A stretch of DNA of 63,462 nucleotides, the filler included, from Saprolegnia diclina VS20 (lineage: Eukaryota), in NCBI RefSeq assembly GCF_000281045.1. It is 7 parts of 6 records of this genome, joined end to end, with 100 filler letters (N's around TTAATTAATTAA, not from the genome) between each part and the next. Parts side by side here need not be neighbours in the genome. Positions count along the whole stretch, not along the records: positions 42,388 to 50,479 come from NW_008246273.1; positions 50,580 to 55,940 come from NW_008246275.1; 5 more parts are not named here. The stretch is one strand, 5' to 3'. Of the stretch, positions 45,519 through 56,040 are shown piece after piece. The notes under the pieces were generated by a model that was given only the letters and a program-made list of their open reading frames with translations, was not told where the DNA came from and did no database searches. A program made the position numbers and the translations under genes. Every line of letters begins with the position of its first letter. Within the stretch, counting starts at the first letter, position 1.

Positions 45519-45586
45519 CTGCAACTGCCGCCTGTATCCGGACTGCTTCCGGAGCCTCAAAGATCCATTCGATCCGACCGAATAAA

Positions 45587-46210
45587 ATGGCGCCAGAAGT
45601 CCCAGGGACGCTATCGGCGGTCGTGCGCTTGCGCCCGCAAACGACGTTGACGCCGTCCAGCGCTGTCGAGCCCCCGCTCGTGCATCGCGACCGGAACGGA
45701 CTCGCGCTCGGCCGCTGGGAGGTGTCGTTGACGAGCTACGATGGCTTTGCGTTCTACATGGCCGCCTTCTGCACTTGTATTCCACTCGCCCAGATATACA
45801 CACGTATTGGATTGCGCCGGTACTGGCACGTGATCGCTTTCTACGGCGCGCTGCACGTTGCGTCGTGGGTTCTTGGGTACTTTTGGTTTTTGGACAGTAT
45901 CTGGCCAACCGTGCGCGGGCGAGGCCTCTTCGGTGCGCTCTCCGCGCCATGGAGGTTTGACGCTGGGACATCCAAGTCTATTGCGTGGTACACCGTACTT
46001 CGGCTTGCAATTGCTTACCGCATAAACTTGCGGTGGCGACTGCGTCGGCTCTTTGCGATCCCTGGGCACCTCTGACATGACGCGATTGTGACGATATTGT
46101 GTAGCTGCTGCGCCGTCTCGCAAATGGCCCAGCACACAACAGCGTACACGCCTGGTGAGCTAATCTCGGTTATGCCCAAGGATACTCTACCCGGCTATGA
46201 AGTATTGTAG
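45587..46210 (+). pseudogene. PLAC8/Cys-rich family gene, left copy, with premature TGA at 46073-46075
   Basis: AAFCTCIPLAQ and RWRLRRLFAIPG. The codon is TGG (Trp) in the right copy, and the stop removes the CSCCAVSQM motif. Confidence 0.75.
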
Positions 46211-46688
46211 CTGCCCGAACTGTTGTCCGTGGCTCGGTGCATCGTGCAAAACGGTACACCCTTGGTGTAGAGCGCACCTCCCCCGTTGATGCCATAATGT
46301 CGTAAAAGACCTAGCCTTTATATGTTATATGTCGGTGAAGTGCTGTTACGTATTTCGTCCACCGCCAAAGGGGTTCACTTAAAAAATGGCTCTCAACTTG
46401 CGCCGCGAAGGCATGCAAGAAACCCAATGCAAGCTTCACCGTATACATATACCCTGTGAACGCGTCGAGCATACGCCGTCATTGTCTTCAAAGACAGACA
46501 CTGACATCAACTTTCTCTTACGACATTATGTCAACTTTGAAAACAAAGTAAAACTGAACGTACTGAAGAATTTGATCCTGTATAAGTTCGGTCTTACGAC
46601 ATTATGGCATCAACGGGGGAGGTGCGCTCTACACCAAGGGTGTACCGTTTTGCACGATGCACCGAGCCACGGACAACAGTTCGGGCAG

Positions 46689-47312
46689 CTACAATACTTC
46701 ATAGCCGGGTAGAGTATCCTTGGGCATAACCGAGATTAGCTCACCAGGCGTGTACGCTGTTGTGTGCTGGGCCATTTGCGAGACGGCGCAGCAGCTACAC
46801 AATATCGTCACAATCGCGTCATGCCAGAGGTGCCCAGGGATCGCAAAGAGCCGACGCAGTCGCCACCGCAAATGTATGCGGTAAACAATTGCAAGCAGAA
46901 GTACGGCGCACCACGCAATAGACTTGGACGTCCCAGCGTCAAACCTCCATGGCGCGGAGAGCACACCGAAGAGGCCTCGCCCGCGCACGGTTGGCCAGAT
47001 ACTGTCCAAAAACCAAAAGTACCCAAGAACCCACGACGCAACGTGCAGCGCGCCGTAGAAAGCGATCACGTGCCAGTACCGGCGCAAGCCAATACGTGCG
47101 TATATCTGGGCGAGTGGAACACAAGTGCAGAAGGCGGCCATGTAGAACGCAAAGCCATCGTAGCTCGTCAACGACACCTCCCAGCGGCCGAGCGCGAGTC
47201 CGTTCCGGTCGCGATGCACGAGCGGGGGCTCGACAGCGCTGGACGGCGTCAACGTCGTTTGCGGGCGCAAGCGCACGACCGCCGATAGCGTCCCTGGGAC
47301 TTCTGGCGCCAT
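46689..47312 (-). CDS. PLAC8/Cys-rich family membrane protein, intact right copy (207 aa)
   Basis: AAFCTCVPLAQ..RWRLRRLFAIPG..D..CSCCAVSQMAQH. Confidence 0.8.
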   Translation of the reverse strand: MAPEVPGTLSAVVRLRPQTTLTPSSAVEPPLVHRDRNGLALGRWEVSLTSYDGFAFYMAAFCTCVPLAQIYARIGLRRYWHVIAFYGALHVASWVLGYFWFLDSIWPTVRGRGLFGVLSAPWRFDAGTSKSIAWCAVLLLAIVYRIHLRWRLRRLFAIPGHLWHDAIVTILCSCCAVSQMAQHTTAYTPGELISVMPKDTLPGYEVL

Positions 47313-47380
47313 TTTATTCGGTCGGATCGAATGGATCTTTGAGGCTCCGGAAGCAGTCCGGATACAGGCGGCAGTTGCAG

Positions 47381-47981
47381 ATGCGCACGCGAGCAGGTTC
47401 ATACCAGCGCTTGGCGCCGGCAGACACGGAGACAGAGAGCCTTGACGCGACGCTCGACGAAGAGATCGAGGACCTCAAGAAGCGCTCGCTGCCCAAGGCG
47501 CCGTCCAAGGCTGAGTGGCTTAGCACCAAGCTGCACGCGTTGCTGTGGGTTGCTGGCGCCTGCCTTCTCGCGTACTACCTCGACGTCGTCCGCGTTGCAC
47601 TGCGTGACCCACGCGTCCATCGGTACCCGGCTATGGCGAACTACAGCTCAGGCTTACTAGGCTCTACTTCAACATCGGTGTCGCCAGCGCGGGTGTCAAT
47701 GGCTGCATCACGGCGTACCTGGCGCTTTGGCTACCGTACGTACGCAAGGTGGACCTCGAGTGGAGCGTGTACTGTCCACGCATGATCCCCACTGCGACCG
47801 TCGTCGGTCTCGTTGGTGCACTTGGGTATGTACGCTATCTACTTGATGACCCATTCGATGCGATTTATGGGATAGCTTCATCCTGGGCCTCTGGCCTGTC
47901 TGGGGCTTCTTCACGCCCGGAATTCTCTTTGTGTTGTTTCTGGGCATGCTCATGATGGCGCATTTTCTCCCAGCCATGTAA
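47381..47981 (+). CDS. TMEM128: TMEM128-like membrane protein, right copy (introns 47623-47660 and 47826-47875)
   Basis: Mirror of 44918-45518; open after splicing. Confidence 0.75.
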
Positions 47982-48610
47982 CACCGTGCAGCAATACGAC
48001 ACCCCTCGTTCATAGCTTACGACTAAGCCGCGATCTAAAGTTGCACAGCGAGCAAGTCCTGCACTTGGGACCATTAAATGCTATATCGATCGCCAAATCA
48101 ACGTATAATTTCAAGGGAATGCTTTTATTGTTGTTGCTTGTATAGCAAGCATAACATCGTTGCCAGAGCTGGACAACTCACGGCTCTGTAGTTCTGTGGG
48201 GACAACCAGCACATGTTGCTCAAACAGTAAAAGGACAAATATTTTGTGCAAGTAAATTCACTACGAGTGGAATTCGGCATCGCGTTCTCGCGCGGTAGCA
48301 TGCCCGAGGCCACGTTTTGCCTCCTCTTTGCGCTCAACCGTGGGTTCCAATAGAAAATCCTCCGAGCTGCGCTAAGTTCGGAGATGTTCGCCAAAGACAG
48401 CGCATGACCGTCCTTGGCTCAACGCCGCGCTTCGAATGCATATGTACTAGTACACACTTTATTGATAAGCTTATCAGTAGCGGTCATCGGTTCAACGTTT
48501 GTCGGGCTTCATCCCATGGAAGCCCCTGTTTCGTGCTGGTTCGTGCTCCAGCTGGTGCACTTCGCTATGTGAATTCCTCGCCACGGGCGCGGAGTCTCAA
48601 GTTTGCAGCA

Positions 48611-49700
48611 ATGACGACGAAGGGCGGATTTCCCGTGCCATTGAGCCATTGACCGTCTTCCAATGCTCACCACTGTCGGCCGCCGAGACTGCATTCCCCA
48701 CAAACATTGGGCCCGAGGGTTTCTCCGAGCTGTTTGATCTGGCGCGTCTCAACGCTGGCTTGGTGCGCTGGTCTCTGGATGCGATGAGTGTTGGACACTT
48801 GAGCTTGGAGGCAAAAGGAAAGCTGAATTCGATCGACCATATACAAAGCTAAACCTAAACCCGCTCGTAGAGGCTTAGCAACTTGAGCTTCATCTTGAAC
48901 TGCAAGTTGTCATGGAGAAGAGAACACACGCGCTGGATCGCGGATCCCAGCCGTAACAATGAGCGACGCTGGCATCGAGATTTACGTTGGCATGGACCTC
49001 CTCGCATGCACCGACACGGCGCTCATGGGCGCTGTCACTGAGTGAGGTGGCGGCCACCACTGATGGTGCCTCGGGTCTCTTCCGTATCACAGCTTTCAAG
49101 GCTGCGCCGCAACTTGCAACGCCGAAACTGGCGCGACCGCGCCATTACGTTGGCGCCAAGTGGATTGTGCTTGAGAGCCCGTACCCGATGGTCGCCAACC
49201 GCAATTGGTGCAACCTTGAGTACCAAGACGACTTTTCTCTCCCCGATGGCTGGGCGCGGTCATTACGGTCCATTTCGCTGCCGTGATGCCTAGACTATTA
49301 GCAAGCTCCGCTCGGTGTCGTGCGCACCACATTCCAGCGTTCGGGCTTTGTACTGTATTTCTTTAGAGTGGCCACCCCGAATACGTCCGAGTCATCCAGA
49401 TGCTGCAAATGACACTCGGCGGACGCGTACCCTAGTTCATCGTCCGGGCCAGCATGAAGCGCCGAGCACGTGCCGCTGCCGATATTGACATGTTTCTCCG
49501 CAGGCAACGCCTCTCGGCAGCTCCCATACTTCGCGACTCGCATCTCGTGCCACCAACTGCACGTAGCAAGTGATTTCTTTGCCACGTCAAGTTTGGCCTA
49601 TTTTCGACTAAGCGCAGCTGCCAAACGTGCGACGAGTTCGTGTGCACACTTTACTCTGCAGTGTGTGCGCGATCTCTGGCGGGCGCGATCCTTCGACACA
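48611..49700 (+). pseudogene. Decayed oomycete START-like + FYVE-like zinc-finger gene
   Basis: Fragments in shifting frames: MTTKGGFPVP, FQCSPLSAAE, KWIVLESPYPMVANRNWCNLEYQDDF, RSISLP*, LVPPTARSK*FLCHVKFGLFSTKRSCQTCDEFVC. Several stops and frameshifts; 3' boundary approximate. Confidence 0.6.
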
Positions 49701-50579
49701 ACTGTCCCACAAAGACAGTGCGTCCGGACCGATTACACAAATACAATGCCGCAGAAGTGCGAAACTGAGCGGATCGAGTCAGTGTCAGACAGCCATTCCA
49801 CGAGTTTCTCGTCCTGATATATCCCTAGTGCGCTGAGACAAGAGGTGATGACGGAGAGTCTCGGCCATCGCCAGCGTTGCTCCAGGTCTTATCGGAGCGC
49901 TTGTCAGGCAAGAGTTACTACGACAGGTTGATGAGGCTGCGATCGCCGAGCGATTTTATGGATGGCCCGGGAAGAGTCAAGAGCGGCCACTCGCCGGCTA
50001 CTCTGACCAACCACTCGTTGATCGCATTCTCAATATCTGCGCCCAAAAGGGCGCTGGCACGACCTGCAATTTTGAAGAGCTCGACCACCCAGTCTGTGGT
50101 GCGGCGTCGGATAGCGCAATCGATTCAGAGACATACATGTCGGCATTTTCGGACAACACCTGAGTGGTACCAACAAGCACGACGCAAGGCTGAGCGTAAC
50201 AGCCATCCCATCTTAGTGCTGCGCTTGATACTAGCGACGCCCTGTCCGCATCGCGCGAAACGACGTCTCTCCACTTCCAGACCAGAGCCCATGTTTTCAC
50301 GCACCAGCGGACGGCGTCTCGAAACACCGCGACTTGAATGGGTTTGAATGGCGCTCGCGTATCAACAGTCAGGATTGCACGGCCTCTTCTTGGCCTTTGT
50401 CAACTTCCGCGACGATCCCTACGAGAACGAACCATGCTTACGGAGCGGCCAAGACAGGCCGCGCAATGCCCGAGACACGNNNNNNNNNNNNNNNNNNNNN
50501 NNNNNNNNNNNNNNNNNNNNNNNTTAATTAATTAANNNNNNNNNNNNNNNNNNNNNNNNNNNNNNNNNNNNNNNNNNNN

Positions 50580-51544
50580 ATGAAGTCCGGATCGTCCGGC
50601 ACCATACTCATGTCGATCGAAGCCTGGTTGAGACTCATCGCGATCGCCGCTTGGCGGGTCGAGACACCGACGTTGTGGTCGATGAGGCTGTAAATGTCAA
50701 ACCAGTCCGTGACAAGGAGCCCGTCAAACTTCATGTCCTTTCGGAGCAGGTCCACCGTGAGCTTTTGGTTGCTCACCATCGGCACGTTGTTGACGACTTC
50801 GTAGCTCGCCATACCGCTGAGCGCACCGGCGTTGATTGCCGAGAGAAACGGTAGCGAGTAGTAGTTGAGCAGCTGGTACTCGGTCGGGAAGGCACCCCCG
50901 CGGTCGTCGCCCGTTGACGTGGCGCCATACGCGACAAAGTGCTTGAAGTTGGCCGCGACACCGGGCACCGACTGAATACCCGTGACGGCCTCGGCAATCA
51001 TCTCCGAGACTAAGTACGGGTCCTCGCCGTAGCTCTCAAAGATGCGCGACCAGCGCTTGTGGACAACAACGTCGCCGTTGGGCGCAAAGATCCAGTTGAC
51101 GCCGCTCGCCGCCGAGTCGCGCGCCGTGACATACGCCGACTTGCGCACGAGGTCGCGGTTGAACGATGAGCCCTTGTTGGTTTGCTGGGGCGAGAGCGCG
51201 GCGCCAAAGGTGTAGCTCGCGCCGTGGATCGAGTCGAGGCCAAAGAGCATCGGCGGCGCGCCTTCTTCCTTGAAGATGTCTTGGATACGACCCAGCAAGC
51301 TGCGCCACTCGGTGACGTTCATTTGGCCGTTGAGAAAAGACCCGACGCGGAGCTTGGCGCATTCGCGCACCTTGGACTCGTTGAGCTTGCCGTTTCCGTC
51401 CATAATATACGAGAGGTCGAGCTGCGTCATTTGACCAATCCACTCGTCCGTCGTCATCTTGGCCACGATGGCCTCGGCCTGCGCGTCATAGTCGACGGCG
51501 GCAGCCAGCGTCGAGAGCAGCGAGAGAAGATGCAGCACCTTCAT
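50580..51544 (-). CDS. Secreted GH3 beta-glucosidase, N-terminal part (3' lost at linker)
   Basis: Signal peptide MKVLHLLSLLSTLAAA; GLDSIHGA, WSRIFESYGEDPYL, FKHF and LVTDW. INR/FPR GTTCACTTTGCAGTTTGC at 51583-51566. Confidence 0.9.
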
Positions 51545-52789
51545 ACTACTACTCGTCGTGATCTGGCAAACTGCAAAGTGAACGACTCAGTTGTTGTACG
51601 ACGTGAGAAGCAGCACCCAAAACGACGCCATCCAGCGGACCATCTGCTGGCGCTTCAAGAACGACGACGGGGCAGCCCGAGCTGATTCGCAGCGCACACG
51701 ACGACCCAAATGAGCGTGGAACACATTTGTCATGTTCGATGGACATATGTATAATGAAACTGCTCTGGAGATCGACAATGCCTCCACCAGCCCAACAAAG
51801 CGTCGGGAAGAGTGCCGGGCAGTGTGTAACATCGATGAGTGCTCGTAGAAGAGAGTACGATAGTGTACACGCATATTGTCCCAACTCGACGGTATGATAG
51901 CAAGTATGATAGGTCGAGAGCAGTCAGGGCGCTTCTACCGCACTCTTTCACAATGCCGCTCGATGCCATGGCGGTGTGTCGGTCGTCATGGGCCAAAAAG
52001 TAATCACAACCTATTTTAATAATGTCACTGAAGACGGTCACCATAATAAGGCCACGCTCGGCAAGTGCCACAAGGAACACAAGGAAGAAGCAAGATTAAA
52101 ACGGCCTATGCCGGAAATTCGTGCCTACCGGAAATCAGGTTGGAGGCCGGACGACCCTAGAAATAGGACCCTTAATCCGTAAAATTCGAAAGACTCATTT
52201 CAACAACAACCAATTTTAATAGTGCGAACCGGGCGAGAGGGAGATCTTACTGGGTGTGCACGCTACTGTATTCTGGGAAAACGTGGGTCCTGACCAGATT
52301 GACGGGTCGCGTCCGTGCCGCAAAGACAGCCAGATTCTGGACAGGACACTGGGTGCGGACGACAGTCCCTAACTAGACGGCAGCACTTATGGGCCGCAGC
52401 GACGTACGCTTTGATTCTTGTGCCAACTAAATAAAATCTTGGTCCGATTCAGTAGTCAGTACGCGGACGACTGCAGCCGCACATGGGAACGTATGTGTAA
52501 CGTCACAGCTGGTTCCATTCGTGCCAACATGGACAGCCATGTTGAAGTTGCACGTGGCACATCGACGGGCCATTTCAACCATCCAGTCGCTCGTCGTCAC
52601 CGAGGATAATACTAGGATACACAATTTCGCATGATAGTCCCACCCTTCGTCTTCTTCCAGGGGGAAGCGTTCGCACAACACGCATGTTCTCTCGACGGCG
52701 GTGTGGATCCTGCTACAGTAGCAAACTAGCACACAGAGTATTGCTCATGTTCGTTGCAAATTACAACATTCAGTGTTGGCCACACTTAT

Positions 52790-55546
52790 TCACGTCGTGA
52801 CGTGGCACGCGGCGAGGACGAGGTCGTTGTCTGTGGCATGAAGACAGTGATCGACCTGCGCGAGGTGGCGGAGCTGGCCAGTGGCGGCATCGTGGCGCCA
52901 CTGCTGGTGCTTTGTCGGTGTCGAGCAGTCGCCAAGCCCAAGGCCCTCGGCGCCGAGGCCCAGGCACAGCCCCGAGCCCACAATCGAGAGCGTGTTGTGC
53001 ACGGCGTCAAGCACCCAATTGTTGACGCTCGGCAAGTTGCCAAGCAGGCCCACGAGCCGCTCGGGTATCGTAAGGGCGTGGCCATGGCCGGCGACAACGC
53101 TGGCCGACTCACTGGACCGGTCGTGCAAGTGGAACACCTGGGCCAGCAACGTCTTTGGTGCGTACGCAAAGGCCTGGCAGAGCGTCCCAATCGTATTGGC
53201 GTCGCAAACCGTCTCGGGCTTGACGCCCACGTAGTAGGCACCTGCCTCAGCCGACTTGAGCAAGCCCGACCCAATGCCACCGTTGTAGATCGCAAAGTCG
53301 TTGAAGCCAATCGAGAACGTCACCGTCGTCGACTGCCCGGGCGAGAGCGACACTTTGGTAAACTTCTTGAGCATCTTGGTCTCGGGCGTCCCGGACGTAC
53401 GCGCACCTTGGCTCAGAAAGAGCAAGACCGCTTCCTTCCCGGCCATTGTGCCTGTGTTGGTCACGACGACGCTCGCCGTCAGCGACTCGGCCGATGTGTT
53501 GAGCTGGTTGGCGCTGAGCGCAAAGTTGGTGTAGCTGAACGTCGTGTAGCTCAGACCGGTGCCAAACTCCCACTCGGCGGGACACGCCGCGCCCGTGAGC
53601 ACGCACACGCCGTTCTTGCGCTGGAAGTACGGCGTCACCATGTTGTCTTTGGTCTGGTCCTTGGGGTACGTCATGCTGAGACGGCCGCTGGGGTTGGTGA
53701 GGCCGAGGATGATCTCGGCGATGGCCTGGCCGCCCATGTGGCACGGCAGCATCGCGTCAATGACAGCGTGGACGACGTCGGCGACACCGTTGAGGAGGCG
53801 CGGGCGACCTTCGACGAGCACGAGGATGACTTTGGTGCCGGTGGAGGCAATGTCGCGAATGTACTGGAGCTGCCCGGCCGGCAACGTGGCGTCCTTGATA
53901 TTGCCAAAGCTCTCCGCGTACGGCGCCTCACCCACGACGATGACCGCGTACTCCGCTGCACGTGCTTTGTCCAACGCGCTGGAATAATTTCCAACATGGC
54001 TGCCTTGAATGTCAATGCCCTAGTATAGAGCTGTAGCAAAAATATCACAATATCGACAAGGCACCGGAAGGAACGAAAGGCGGGATGGGTCCTTGTACAG
54101 CGAGGCGAACGCCGCACGGATCGACTGACTACCGGCAAACACGCTGTTGTCGCTGCGGCCTTGCCACTCCCACGTCCAGCCGCCGCAGAGGTAGCCAATG
54201 TTGTCAACCGACGGCCCCGTCAAGAAGAGACGCGGCTCGTTCCACAGTGGGAGCACGTTCTCTCTGTTCTGGAGAAGCACGATAGACTCACGCGCGATGG
54301 CGAGCGCCGCGTCACGGTCTTCGTTGCTACCGACGCGTGCCACGTCGTCGGCGCCGTGCATGGGCGCGTCAAATAACCCTAGCTGGAGCTTCATTCTACA
54401 CGCGCGCGGAGGTTAGGGTTGCCGAAATTGAGAGTCTTCGTACTTGATGACGCGCTTGGCGGACGCGCGGAAGCGCGATGCCGGAAGCTTCCCGGCCTTG
54501 AGCAGCGACTCGGCGTACCCAACAAAGCTCGCGTCGTACGGCACCATGCTCACGTCCACGGATGACTTGGTCATGGCGACGCGGACCGCCTCCATGTTGG
54601 AGTTGACCAAGTGATGCACAAAGTTGAGATGGTAAATGTCTTCCCAGTCGGTGACGAGCACACCGTCAAAGCCCATGTCGTGTCGCAGTAAATCCACCGT
54701 CATCTTTTCGTTGACAACCATGGGCACATCGTTGATCGACGCGTACCCTGTCATGCCCGAGCGAATGCCGGCGCGGATCGCCGCCGTGAACGACGGCGTG
54801 TAGTAATTGAGCAGCTCGTACTCGGAGACAAAGGCAGTTCCGAGGTCGTCGCCCGTGGCCGACGCGCCGTATGCGCCAAAGTGCTTGAACGTCGCTGCCA
54901 CGCTGCGCACCGACTGGATGCCGTGGACCGCGGCGACACCGAGCTCCGACGTCAAGTACGGGTCCTCGCCAAACGTCTCGTACACGCGCGGCCAGCGTTT
55001 GTGTTGCGCGATATCGAGACCCGGTGCGAGCGCCCAGTTGACGCCGGCTGCCGCCAAGTCGCGGGCGGTGATGGCGCCAAAGCCCGAGACAAGCGATGGG
55101 TTGAACGTTGCGCCGTTGTTGATTTGCTGTGGGCCCATGACCGCACCGTGCACGTAGTTGGCGCCGTGCAGACTGTCGAGGCCGTAGAGGACAGGCGCGA
55201 CGTGGTGCTGGGCGTAAATGGCTTGGATGCGCGAGATCATTGCGCGCCATTGATGGACGTTCAGGAACCCGTTCAGGAACGCGCCGACGCCGATGCGCGC
55301 GCACTGGGCGACCGCGGCTTCGTTCAGCGAGCCGTCCGGGTACGTGATGTAGCCAATGTTGATCTGGGCCATTTGAGCGATCCACTGATGCGGCGTCTAC
55401 TGAGATATTGCAGCCCACGGCGGTTGAAGGTGATGACGTACCATGGCCGTAATGATGGCTTCAGCGCGCGCATCCAGGTCGTTGTACGCTGTAGCATTTT
55501 GCGCTGCGGCGACTGCCGTGATTGACGCAAGAAGGGACCACTGCAT
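52790..55546 (-). CDS. Secreted GH3 beta-glucosidase with Fn3-like and C-terminal ricin-B (CBM13-like) domains (introns 55441-55397, 54443-54396, 54064-54020)
   Basis: MQWSLLASITAVAAAQ signal; WPRVYETFGEDPYL, FKHF, VTDWED, ESIVLLQN, FGTGLSYTTF, VTNTG..GKEAV; ricin-like HQQWRHD..CL. Confidence 0.88.
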
Positions 55547-56040
55547 GCGCGACGGGTGATTTTGAAATGCCCCAGAGAAAAGAACTTAGCGCGTGGGATA
55601 AAAGATACTCCTTCGTGCCAGCTGTGGAGTTTGCTGTTTGGTATCCAAGCGCGAATGAACGTATCGGGCGTCCTTGATACAGCGAGTGCACACAATATTG
55701 TCTGCATAAGTGAGAACGTTCGAGTTGTGTTTGTGCCAACGCAAGCTGCGGTAGCGGTGAAGCCTATCGGAAGCATAGAAGCACCATCTCAACATCTTCA
55801 ACATTGCAGTTGAAGTTGGACGGCCGTGCAGTTGCGACGCTAGTTGGCCGCTCATGCGCACACCCTCTGAGTGTGTACATACCCGTCAGGACAGTGAATT
55901 AAATTTATATACAACTAGTGCGGTTGACTTGTGTCGCAGTNNNNNNNNNNNNNNNNNNNNNNNNNNNNNNNNNNNNNNNNNNNNTTAATTAATTAANNNN
56001 NNNNNNNNNNNNNNNNNNNNNNNNNNNNNNNNNNNNNNNN

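Larger units (their letters stand above)
44839..48060. repeat. Large inverted duplication: arms 44839-46311 and 46590-48060, about 280-bp spacer
   Basis: Arms are reverse complements with scattered substitutions, and the ORF track shows mirrored near-identical ORFs. Confidence 0.97.
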
